48,326 nucleotides of DNA, from contig NC_068987.1 in assembly GCF_001194135.2 (NCBI RefSeq), positions 68,200,188 through 68,248,513 of the forward strand, given 5' to 3'. Under the pieces are notes generated by a model. That model had not been told where the DNA came from. It saw only the letters and a list, made by a program, of their open reading frames with translations, and did not search any database. The position numbers and the translations under genes were made by a program. Source of the stretch: Octopus bimaculoides (Eukaryota). This document shows, piece by piece, positions 36,880 through 48,326 of the stretch. The first letter of the stretch is position 1. Each line of letters opens with the position of its first letter.

Positions 36880-37068
36880 NNNNNNNNNNTCTCTCTCACT
36901 CTCTCTCTCTCTCTATCTCTCTCTCGCTCTCTCTCTCTCACTCTCTCTCTCTCTTTTCTCTCTCTCTCTCTCTCTCTGCTTTTGTCTATTTCTCTCTCTG
37001 TCTTTGTCTATCTCTGTCACTCTTTTTCTGTCTTTCTCTATCTCTCTCTATCTATCTATCTATCTATC

Positions 37069-37121
<53 letters not shown>

Positions 37122-37125
37122 CTAT
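36824..37125. repeat. (CT)n/(CTAT)n low-complexity tract with a 10-N gap
   Basis: Direct reading. Confidence 0.9.
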
Positions 37126-37329
37126 CACAATCACCACTATCTTGAACTAATCAAGTTTTCTGTCTTCTTTCTAAATTTTTACTTCAATAGCTCTTTTACT
37201 TTCCCTCTATTTTCTTTTATTTTACTTTCTATCCATGTCATTCTCTTTATCTCTGTTTCCTTTCCAACATATTTATAAAACTTCTTGCAATTTGTTCAAC
37301 TTAAAGCATTCGTTTTGTGTAACATAAGT

Positions 37330-37460
37330 TTCGTGTTTTGGTACAAGGTCAACAATTTCAGGGTAGGGGTTAAGCCGATTACAGTAACCCTAGTGACCAA
37401 CTGGTACTTATTATATTGATCCCCCATACGGATGAAAGGCAAAGTCAACCTCGGCTGAAT
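37330..37460 (-). mobile_element. 5'-truncated OK-like SINE
   Basis: GGATGAAAGGCAAAGTCAACCTCGG and CTGGTACTTATTATATTGATCCCC are reverse complements of the body at 22650-22730. Confidence 0.75.
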
Positions 37461-37609
37461 AGATAAACAATTCACACAGACATAGATGCAGGCATTTATT
37501 TAACAGGCACAACCTAAGAATCTCTTTTAGTTGTGTACCTAACATAAAAATTAATTTAACAAACACCCACAAGATTAGGGAGGAGGCAGATTACTCTTGC
37601 AGGGTATAA

Positions 37610-38330
37610 AATAAATGCCTAATATGAGGCCGATGCGAGACCGATGCGAGACCAAAACCACGGCGACAACAACTGCGGAGGCGGAAGACGTACAAACAAC
37701 ATCCCCAGGACCGGACCCTACCAGAGATACACGAGGAATGCGAAAAAAGCTACTACCTGAGCTTGTAAATATATCGGGTCAGCCACTTCCTCAACCACCA
37801 GCCATCCTTCAGAGTCCCAGAAAGACATTGTGTCATGTCCCTGGCCAGCCATGTGTGGCACCTCAAAGATCAAGGGACTCCATATGATATCAAGTGGATG
37901 ATCACAGAACATCCAGGTGCATATGTTAACTGGAGTAGCTGTTGCAAAATCTGCATCGCAGAGAGAACCAAAATTCTTAAGAATTATGCTAAGTCTGGTT
38001 CGTTAAATAATCGTAAAGAAATTTTCTCAAAATGTGTTCATTTCAAGCGCTACCTACTGGAAGAATTGGATCTCCCCATTTACTGGTTAGGCTAATACAA
38101 GACCGTAAAGATTTTGATTATAGCTTTATTTTATCCTTTGGTCCAAGGGATATTACCCGTCCTCAGTAACGCTTTTATAGGTTAGACGTTGAACCTCGTC
38201 ATCCTAGCGTTTCCTCACGTCCGCAAAGTAAAAACTTAAATTTGTCTTTGTATAGAAACTGATGAGCTGCCTGCAAGGCTGTAGCTTTCGTGGAGACGAA
38301 ACCATTGGCCACTGTATGATCAGAATTTAA
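37610..38330 (+). mobile_element. 3' part of a Penelope-like element: GIY-YIG endonuclease C-terminus plus 3' pseudo-LTR region
   Basis: NHQPSFR..SLASHVWHLKDQGTPYDIKW..CKICIAERTKIL..SLNNRKEIFSKCVH matches the NHxxSF..LSxHIWxLK..YxIxW..CxLCxxEK..LNxRxE..SKCxH pattern of PLE endonucleases. The RT is absent. Confidence 0.8.
38259..38316 (+). ncRNA. Hammerhead-ribozyme-like motif (possibly degenerate)
   Basis: CTGATGA (38259-65) ... CGAAAC (38297-302) ... near-palindrome CATTGGCCACTG ... GTA (38314-16), located where PLE hammerheads normally sit. Stem I pairing is not evident. Confidence 0.45.
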
Positions 38331-39594
38331 CCTTTTGGTTTAATATATATATATATATATANNNNNNNNNNNNNNNNNNNNNNNNNNNNNNNNNNNNNNN
38401 NNNNNNNNNNNNNNNNNNNNNNNNNNNNNNNNNNNNNNNNNNNNNNNNNNNNNNNNNNNNNNNNNNNNNNNNNNNNNNNNNNNNNNNNNNNNNNNNNNNN
38501 NNNNNNNNNNNNNNNNNNNNNNNNNNNNNNNNNNNNNNNATATATATATATATATATAAACATATAAACGTAAAATAAATATTTATAGTTGAAATTTATA
38601 GAAAACAAAACGAAGTCTTCAAATAATTAAAAGCAAAAGAGAAAATGCACATACGCATAAATACATACACACGCAAGTGTACTCTCAGCTAATATTATCT
38701 AAATTCCAATGAAAGAAACTTGGTTCTGTGTTACAAACCAGCTCTTCCTACATCGGTGAGAAATTTGAGTAATTAACCCTGAGCAACATACATACTGACA
38801 TATATTAAGAACAATTTATATTTTATTACAGTTGCACTTTAGCTATACGATTCATTCTACACGACTTAGTGTAGGTGAGAGAGAGGGTGTATTTTGATGC
38901 TCTTATCGTTTTTCATTCATCGTTTGTTGTTGTTGTTTTCGTTATGATTATTGTTGTTGCTGTTTTTATTATTGTTTCTTATTTTTCTACTTTTACATAA
39001 TTCATTCCCTTCATGAATTTGCATTTTCTTTAACTATGTGTTCAGTTTCTTTTCTTTTTTTATGTTACATTTCTTTTTTCTTTCTTTAAAAAAAATTATT
39101 TATCGACTGATATTTAATCAGCATAGCCCTGAAATATTATGAGGAAATATACAAAACTAGCATTTCAAATCCCTATCATCAGTAGATGCTATGAGAAAGA
39201 CAACAAAAACAGCAAAATTGATTCATTTTCGTTTGCTGAAGAAGCTAAAATCTAAGATATATTTTTCTTGCTGTTTTCGTTGCTTTATTTTACGTTTATA
39301 GTTTTGTTTTCCCAGGAAACACTACGTGTGTGAGTCAGTGTGTGTCAGTGTATGAGTGTGTGTGTGTGTGTGTGTAGGTGTCTTTCAGCATGTCAGTATG
39401 GGTATGCTTTCGTGTGTGTATGTGTGTGTGTGAGTATGTGTTTCTGTCTGTGCGTACATGTTTTAAAGAATCAATTACTCATGCCTTTCTCTACCATAAT
39501 CTCTATTTTTCGCTCACAGTTTAAGATTATGATTCAGGATGTGCCTACGTAATACAAACTTACTGGTGCAAGCATATGTGTGAGTGTGTAAGTA

Positions 39595-40504
39595 TCAGGT
39601 CATCCCATAAGTTCTGTCCGATGTTACCTTTTTTTTAAATTGAATGAAATTTAATAGCATTTTAGAATATCTAATGGAATTAAAATTTATTTTTATGCAT
39701 TTGTATACATTTAAACTAATTAAATAATATTTTACAGAATAATAGAGTCAATTTTTTTTCTGATTAAAACCCATAATGCTCTATAAGTACAAAAAAAGAA
39801 ACGCTGCAGCCGAAGCGACTCGAAACATACACTCAGTTTATGGGAAAGAATGCTTGAATGAAAGAACTTGCAGAAGATGGTTTGCAAAATTTACAAGAGG
39901 AGATTTCAGACTTGAAGGTGAAGATCGACCACAACCGAAAAGGGAACTACATGGAAAAAAAAGGTGCTTCTCTCTATCTGGTGGAATTGCAAAGGAGTAA
40001 TTCACTTTGAATTGTTACAACCTAATGCAGCAATCAATGCTCAAGTCTACTATCAGCAATTAGAGCGTTTGAACACAGCTTTGAAGAAAACAAGACCCGA
40101 TTCAGTGAATCGAAAAGGAGTGATATTTCATCAGGACAATGCGCGACCCCACACTGCAAAAATCAAATCACAGAATATCGAACAACTTGGTTGGGAAAAA
40201 ATTCCTCATCCACCTTATTCTCCCCACCTTGCTCCTTCAGTCCACCGTTTGCTTCGCAGTTTACAGAATCATTTGGGGGACATAACTTTCGCAAGCCAGG
40301 AGGAGGTCGAAACTGACATTTCAGAGTTCTTCGCTTTGAGACCAAAAGAGTTTTACATTGATGGGAATAAAAAGCTTGTAAATAGAAGGAAGGGTGGCAT
40401 AGATAATCAGGGAAAGTACACTGATGATTAAATTTCAACTAAATATAACATTTGATCACTTGTTTTCTTTATTCAAAATTAGGACAAAACTTATGGGATG
40501 ACCT
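39595..40504 (+). mobile_element. Mariner (D34D) element with an internal deletion and both TIRs
   Basis: TA|TCAGGTCATCCCATAAGTTCTGTCC at the left; GGACAAAACTTATGGGATGACCT at the right (cut by a gap). HTH region AEATRNI..ERTCRRWFAKF..GDF is fused to LLSIWW..GVIHFELL..FHQDNARPH..HPPYSPHLAPSV. Spacing from D to the mutated third position is 34 residues. Confidence 0.95.
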
Positions 40505-40741
40505 NNNNNNNNNNNNNNNNNNNNNNNNNNNNNNNNNNNNNNNNNNNNNNNNNNNNNNNNNNNNNNNNNNNNNNNNNNNNNNNNNNNNNNNNNNNNNNNN
40601 NNNNNNNNNNNNNNNNNNNNNNNNNNNNNNNNNNNNNNNNNATATATATATATGTATGTATGTATGTATGTATGCATGTATGTACATATATATATATATG
40701 CACACTTACACACATGTATATATATATATATATATATATAT

Positions 40742-40900
40742 ACGACGAGCTTCTTTCAGTTTCCGTCTACCAAGTCCACTCACAAAGCTTTGGTCGGCCC
40801 GAAACTATAGCAGAAGGTACTTGCCCAAGTTTCCACACAGTGGGACTGAACCCGGAGACATGTGGTGTGAAAGCAAGCTACTTACCACACAGCCATTCCT
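40742..40900 (-). mobile_element. 5' half of the OR/CORE-type SINE
   Basis: Colinear with 23735-23902; borders (TA)n/(TATG)n next to a gap. Confidence 0.9.
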
Positions 40901-41499
40901 ATGTGTGTATGTGTGTCTGTGTATATATGTATGTGTGTGTGTATGCATGTTTATATGTGTGTGTATGTGTGTGTGTGTGTTTTTGTGTGTATTTGCTTGT
41001 ACGTTTATATACGTGTTTACATAGATATTCATTTAGGTTGGAAGGTGTGTAGGTAGGTAAGTAGATAGGTAGCTAGGTAGCTTGGTACATAAGAAAAGAC
41101 GGATCCATGGAGCGTTGTGTTAGGCAATTTCAGCAAGATTTGAAACGTTTGGAAAAAGTGACTGAAAGAGTGCAATAAAATTACCGCAGGAAATAGAGTA
41201 TCCAATGTTTCGGGCAGAGTACTCTTTTAGGGTAAAGATAACAGGACGGAAATAAAAGAAAGATTGTAGTGTTTCGCATCCTTTATATTCAACAACTATA
41301 ACATTCGAAACATAAAACGAAAAAGAAACAATAACAGTCGCTATTAAAATCTGACTTGCTTCATAAATTTTGGTGAAATTTTATATATGTCAAATAAATT
41401 TTAACGTCCTAAATGTCATCACAAGTATGTCCCAGCGTGGCCGCAGATCAATGAGTGAAATTTATAAAAGAGTAAAAGGTCAATAAATCTATTCATTTT

Positions 41500-42050
41500 T
41501 TTGTGATTCTTCACGTACGTTGGCGCATTGTTCAACTTCATAACCTTCAGAGAATGTGAGCCTGAATGCTGTTGTTTAGCCTTAGATCTAGCTGGGTGAT
41601 GATCAGAGGTGCTCCATCCGTGACCATCATTCCCTTTTTAATGGTTGTGAACTCATTGTCCATAGTGAAGTTTATTAAAGACGTTAAGATTTGGGTTTGG
41701 AGAAGAGATTTGGCTTGTGTATTAGATCGAGTGACTTATAAGCCCCATCGTTGGTCCGCGATAGACCTTGGGAATTAGAAATACACATAAGTCGCTCAAT
41801 TAAATGAGACTCCGGTTTATTATATTATTGTTATCTACCGAATGTATTTAACCTCTCCTCTTTGTTTTGCGATGGTATGACAAATGTTCTCCTTGAACCT
41901 TTTTCAAAATCCCCACTACAAGGTTCCTGCAAGTTTTCAGAATAGTTGTTATTCATTTCTGCATAAAATATCTAGCAGGCATTTTCACCTGCGTAGTTGG
42001 CATGTCAATCAAGTCAGACTTGATTCATGAAGGGAATTCAAGCTTTGATT
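41500..42050 (-). mobile_element. Possible CR1/L2 RT relic
   Basis: Minus frame QRWGL.VTRSNTQAKSLL..QLDLRL (weakly like QHGFR..RST..LDLSKAFD). Confidence 0.25.
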
Positions 42051-44849
42051 GCACTATCTTTCTTTGATGTATGTTGTGTACAGTTAGAATTATCCTATAT
42101 ACAAAACCTTCCATATTTAAGACAGTCATGAGTGTAATTTTTAAAAAAATCAGTGTTGTTTCCAGTATACCATGTGACCAACGTTTCTAGTATAATATTG
42201 TAGGACCATTGTTTCTGTAGAAAGTATTAATTTATTCATATATATAAAACTTTTGAATATGACTTTGTTGTATTCAAATGAATATGCATGAATAGGAATA
42301 AGCGGTATTCAATTATATGAATGTGTAGTAAACATATTTAGGAAAAAGTAATATTCAAATTTATATCATATTTACATGGTAATTCTGAAGTTAACATTCT
42401 ATTAGTTGGACGTTCTAACTTCAAAGACATTAATAGTTCTTTCATGATTATAGCACTGAATTATAGATCGGTAGATAGATTTAAATATTTTATTCACTCA
42501 ATTATCGGTATGAGACTCCATTATTTATTATAATTGTATCTGTAGGGGCCAGATGAGCACAGAGCAGATTGTTATCATGGCGAAATGCTGCTATTGAGTA
42601 TGTAAATATTGCTTCATCCCAGATGAACTTTAATCAATCAGATATATGATCAAAATATCCCGTTCCCGAATGCTCCTTTTTTTTTAAATATAGAGACTAT
42701 ATATATAAGGTCATTATGCAATGGTGCAAAAATTTCACCCAGCGATCACATTTGCCTGAGGGTGTAAAATCCTCGTTAGTAATTATTGAGACACGTTTCG
42801 AATTACTTCATTTTGGAAACTGAATATTCTTGAAGACCTCTAAATTTCGCTTTAGTTGATATATTTCAGAAATGAAGACACGGTAGTAAATTTTTGAGTT
42901 GCAGACCTAGTAAGTTCTAGGTGGACCGATTTTATGACCTGTATCTCTTATTAGAACTACTACGGTCCACGGGCGCTAATAATAATCTTGAGAAAAAGAT
43001 AAAATTGTCGAAAATGTACTTTTGTACTCAATATTTCAACCACTTGCGGTAAATTGGCAGATCGATTCAGAAGACAAAAAAGAGCGCACATGATCCTTTT
43101 CAAGGCTTTTGAGATTTGTTCGGAGGAGAAAGCTAGCTTCAGATCAGTGTCTTCATCTGAAAGAAAGCTTACATCGCAGGAATAATCTATGTGCCAAGCT
43201 TTAAAATCACAGTTTGCAGATTACACATTATGTGTTCGTCTATATTTACATTTTACTTTATATCGATACTTTCTTATTTAGACGCACCAAAGGATATAGA
43301 TGATGAAATTAAAAAGAATATAAGATAAAAGATAACCGGCGTATGTCGTAGGAGACATATTTGACATTCTCGTTTACAAATACAATCACCTAAATCTCAA
43401 TCTAATTAATTATAACAGCTATTTAATCTGAAAGTGAAAATGAAATGCTCATCGTAGCAGAATATAACCTGAACGTAGGAGAATGGAAAAACTGATCTAC
43501 TTTAAGTAGCAACAGATTCGATCCTCAAATAATGGCCTTGTCTTAGAAATGAAACAAATATTAGTAAATATAGTAGTAGCCTGAAAATAGTCGAGAAGGC
43601 TACGGATAGTTTAGTTAATCAGAACTGCCCTCCAGTTAACAGCACTTCCAGTGGCTAAAACTGAATACAATTCAAAATAAATATAGAAAAATACTTGAAT
43701 AAAACCCCATTTGTGTCAGTTATGGTCTGTCACAGAAGCTTTTAACTCCTTATCATTTCTTGTGCCATCATTTTCAGTAACATGTTTCGGATTTCATTAC
43801 ATTTGATCTAAGCCCTGAATGTCTGATACAATCTTCAGCTTTTTCCTAAATTTATATTTACTTTTAATTTCTTGATTAAAACATTGTTAAATAACTAAAG
43901 AGTTGAGAAATATTTGAGAATATTTATTATATCTCAAATTCTTTTTTTAGGAACCTGCATATGGTGCGGTCGATAGTCGAGATGACGGTTCATAGATTGT
44001 GCAGTCAAAACACAAAAAAATGGCAGCCTAGTCCATCAAATTATACGACCATTCAACAATATTGGGTGGCTAAACGATATTTGAAGTGGTAACGCTGTAA
44101 CGTTGGTTACTGATTCGCTAGCTTGTAGTGGTGAGTGCTTGGAACAAAATACAATCATTATATTCTATTGAATTGCTCTGCTTTAGAAATGGTACGAAAT
44201 TATATTATTTTATGCAGTATAATTTTATTGACTTGTATGAATAATGTAGCAAGTTTTCCATTCTTTCCACTCTCATTAACGCTATCTCATGCGTCTGGAG
44301 TTATATGAATTCCTTCCGAAAAACTATGTTGACCACACCAGACCTTTAACTTGTCCGTCAAAGCACATTAGTCAATGGACGTTAGTCTCTGTCTTATATA
44401 AAATGTTCTTCTTAACACCTCTCTACAATGATGCTGTATAAATACTGTCGAGTCATTTACGGAATTTTGTCTAGCTTATGGTATTTTAGTACAATTTGAT
44501 TTTGTTTTTTATAGTAACTCTATGTATCACCGCATTGAATATGTATTTTCCATCGAAAGGAAAATACATTGAAACTGGGAGCGCATTATTGCATTCATAG
44601 GGTTTTAGTTCTAGGAGACAATATGTGAACCAATATATAAACAATCGTAGCCAGAATTTACAGGAGTTCTCTCGAATATATCGTGGTATACCTGCGTGAC
44701 ACGGAAGCGCGTGCTTCTAATAAGTAACAAGACATTCTTTATTATTTTTAGTTAATACATTCGTGTGCTATAAGGATTGCAACAGGTTACTTTTCTATTC
44801 CTGTGTTTAAATATCTTATTTATTATGCTCCGTGTACTTCTATTTATAG

Positions 44850-45400
44850 TCAAATCCACTTCTCAAGGTTCTGCAACAAGAGCGTGGAGTGTTTCAGAAT
44901 ATCTTCCAAAATGACATGTTCTTCTCGTACTACTTATTTAATAAATGAAGGTTGATGGAGATTGCGTTTCTTTTGTTTGTTTTTTTTTGTTTTTTTTTTG
45001 TATACTGCTTCTTCATTTGGGTTTTTTGGTGGAGATATTGTTTGTATGTGCTTAAACATTGTGTGTTGTCTGCGAAGTTTGAATTCTTTCTTGTTTTTAG
45101 AGTTGTGTTTATGATAAATTTTCGGTTGCATTATCACTTGATAATGATCTGACAACCTAGAGACTTCATCCAAATTAAAGAGGAAATAAGTATGAAGATA
45201 CAATGAGTTATTTTTTATATTTTTCTGCCAGAACATGGAGTATGTAGGAGAGAAAAGAGTAAAAAAAATTACAACGTTTTTCAAAGAAGCAGTACTTTCT
45301 TGTTCTGTACTTTACCAGATGTAATAACGTGTCCTGAACTTTTCCAAGTGCAATAACTTGGCCTGTACTTTTCCAGTTTTCTAATATTATTTCTCTTGCT
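44850..45400 (-). mobile_element. Possible decayed R4/Dong RT relic
   Basis: A-rich minus strand with LENWKSTG and FINK-like pieces. Weak. Confidence 0.25.
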
Positions 45401-46113
45401 CGCATTTTCCCATATAATCCATGTTTTTTTTCCAGGCTATGCTATTATGCTAATTAATAATGTGTCAAATGTGTCAATTAGCGGTGTCGTTGATAATTTT
45501 TACTTTACCTTAATGATGCCAGTAAGATACAGTATATTAAATGTCTCCTAGAACTATATTCATAAAAATGTATCGAACTATATTATCACCCTCAAATTTG
45601 AGATACAAACTCTCATGCCTTTTTCCTTTTAAAAACTTCATTGCATGCGACTGATACCATGAAATTCTTCGAATTGAGCTCTATCAATTAAGCATAATTA
45701 AAATATAGTTTGTTTTTAAAATAAAAAGATTAATTGTACTTAAATCCAATTTTTTGCCTTATATTTTTTTCATGATATTTTACCTCACAACGTTTTTGAT
45801 ATGAACTTTTGTTGCATGGGACCAAAACTATGAAATTCATCACACTCTCTTCTGTAATTGAAACTAAGATAAATATATTTTGCTTTTAAAATAAAAACAA
45901 TTTATTTAGATCTAAACTTCTCTTTTTCTATTTTCGGAAAGAAAAGCTCTACATTGNNNNNNNNNNNNNNNNNNNNNNNNNNNNNNNNNNNNNNNNNNNN
46001 NNNNNNNNNNNNNNNNNNNNNNNNNNNNNNNNNNNNNNNNNNNNNNNNNNNNNNNNNNNNNNNNNNNTATATATATACAGGCGTATGATATAAACACCGA
46101 CATACGTACACGC

Positions 46114-46117
<4 letters not shown>

Positions 46118-46195
<78 letters not shown>
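46118..46195. repeat. (AAT)n tract
   Basis: Direct reading. Confidence 0.95.
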
Positions 46196-46196
<1 letters not shown>

Positions 46197-47398
46197 GATA
46201 CATTCTTACATATATGTGGGTGTGCACGTGCGTGCCTGCGGGTTTGCATGCACATGTGTGTCTGTCTGCGTGGGTAAAACGGAAAAAGACATCACATAAA
46301 ATATGTGTTTGTAGGAGAACTGTTGTTGATTTAAAAGTGCATTACTTGGAGTTTCATAAGCAAGAAAACGTAACTAACCATGGCTGATGAGGATAGTCAG
46401 AATGAATAACCGCGTGTTTTCGAGTCCAACACTTCGAAATTGGATCCTAGTGATGCTACATTTTAACAAATCATATTTCTGAATTCTTGTCTATGGTGGA
46501 TGTACAGAGACCGTAAAATAAAAAAAAAACATTTCGACAATTGACGAGAATATATATCCAAGTCCATTATTTATGTGCCTGATAAAGGGTGTGATAATTT
46601 ATCAAATTGTAGTAATTAATTATAATTATAATTATACTGCGCCTACGTAATCCTTTCGCTTGCTAGAAATACCTACAACTTGACTTCCGATGAAATACAA
46701 TAAGGATTCATTGAAGAGTATTCTATAACTAAAGGGCCAAATGTCCAAGTTTTGAGTACATTTCAGCAGAGGTCTCTTTGATTAAGATTGATATGATCTA
46801 ACCATCATTGGAAATATGCACTGCGTACCTTTTAGTATGTGACTCAATATTTTAAGAATGCAATTTTCCTGGCATTGATTTATCGCATTAGAAGTTGTAG
46901 ACGGTATTATCACCTAATCAAAATACGTTCTTACTGCCATGAAATGCTACTCAAGGTTCCATAACATTAGAGATATTACTATAAGTAGGCATTATGCAGC
47001 TGTTGAGATAAGAGGTTACAAGGTATGCATTCAAAGAAAGAACATGGAAATCCTCAAAGCTTCTGTTAAAGTTAATGTCTTTGTGCTCTCTTTGCAATCT
47101 CACAGAAAATTTCATTTAAAATTCACAGATCTTACTCGGAAGGGAAGTTGTAAATTTATTCAAAATCAGTAACATAAAGTAGAATAGGAATCATTGTAGA
47201 TCGAGAGTCAATAAACTGCACCAGTTATCTGTACAAAGTACTTAGAACACAAAGGCATGTCTACAGAGAGTTTTCTAAAATTTAAATAGACATATACTCA
47301 TAACATTTGACAGAAATCAATCGTACACAAAAACAAAAAACGTAATCTATACAGCTAATCTATCTATCTAGCTAGCTAGCTGTCTGTCTGGCTATCTA

Positions 47399-47499
<101 letters not shown>

Positions 47500-48070
47500 A
47501 TCTATCTATCTATTTATTTATCTACCTATTTATCGATCAACCTATCACAGTGTTACTATATATGTGTGCATGAGAACCTATATATGTGTCTGTATACACA
47601 CATGCAGACACACCGATACACAAAAGCCAGAAACATTCGCAAAATGTGTGTATACCTATGTGTGTATACTAATGTGTGTATGTGTACGTGCGTGCGTGCG
47701 TGTGTGTATGTGTGTGTATGTCTGTGTGTGAGTGGGAATGTTGTAAAAAGAATGTTTCAGAATCGAGTGGTTTCTACCTTTTTCCGCTTTGCATTTTACC
47801 TTTTTGTTATCTCGAAGTTATATAATTATGCGTTTGAAGTACATGTAGTGAAGGTCTTGTACATTTTTTGAGCTTATACAATAATACGGGGCTACAACGG
47901 AACTTTTACATTGTAATGTGGTGTAAAAATTAAGTCCCAAACTTTAATAGCATTAAAATATGAATTACAGTACACATTTAAAATCTAAGCAAAATGTATG
48001 TCGCCTGTGCTGTGATATATATATGTACACACATACGCTCAAAACAAACAAAATCAAGCATGTATATATA

Positions 48071-48219
48071 CAGTAATACCTCGACTGTCACGGGTGTTAC
48101 GTTCCAAAACCTCCCACGGAAATAATTAAAAACTAAGTATAAATACCTAACGACCGTAGAAACACGGATATACAGAGGAGTTCGTGATAGATGAACTGCG
48201 ATATGGCGAGGGATTACTG
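48071..48219. mobile_element. 149-bp Tigger/pogo-like MITE
   Basis: TA|CAGTAATACCTCG at the left; CGAGGGATTACTG|TA at the right (reverse complement CAGTAATCCCTCG, 12/13 identical); TA duplication. Confidence 0.85.
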
Positions 48220-48326
48220 TAGAATACGTTGTGCCTTATTTTCGAAAGGTCTAGTTAGAATAGAGGCAGCTGACGTAGGATTAATTCCAAGTGGCTATTT
48301 GTTTTCCTATGTGTTCGTTCCGTTGT

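Noticed and set aside
42715-43230. Sequence with the texture of a non-autonomous DNA transposon interior (short hairpins)
   Set aside because: No TIR pair or TSD could be identified.
7068-46255. Long ORFs containing X runs (e.g. 7068, 11583, 14546, 23202, 40452, 45902)
   Set aside because: They are open only because they span N gaps and microsatellites.

Overview
AT-rich animal (eukaryotic) non-coding DNA with 9 scaffold gaps, most bordered by (TA)n or (CT)n runs. The tRNA-derived SINE families match those I recall from octopus, so the source is probably an Octopus assembly (inference, not a search result). I could not support any intact host gene, tRNA, rRNA or CRISPR array. Most ORFs in the track are microsatellite read-throughs or decayed transposon coding pieces. 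Mobile DNA present: three SINE families; a decayed Tc1 transposase; a hATm/Cc8K15.2-like transposase pseudogene; a mariner deletion derivative with TIRs; two Tigger/pogo-type MITEs; Helitron ends and a HINE-like insert; a Penelope-like GIY-YIG fragment with a hammerhead-like motif; several CR1/RTE relics; and at least six R4/Dong-clade LINE pieces. The most unusual region is 28.3-34.8 kb. There, four same-strand Dong-like pieces of different apparent ages are interleaved with (TAA)n tracts, and a ~105-bp inverted-repeat unit with outward-facing TAA tails sits among them. Two structured-RNA candidates not explained by these elements lie at 20666-20803 (multi-hairpin) and 23010-23099 (40-position stem, pre-miRNA-like). 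Translations and alignments were done by eye, and the boundaries of decayed relics are approximate.
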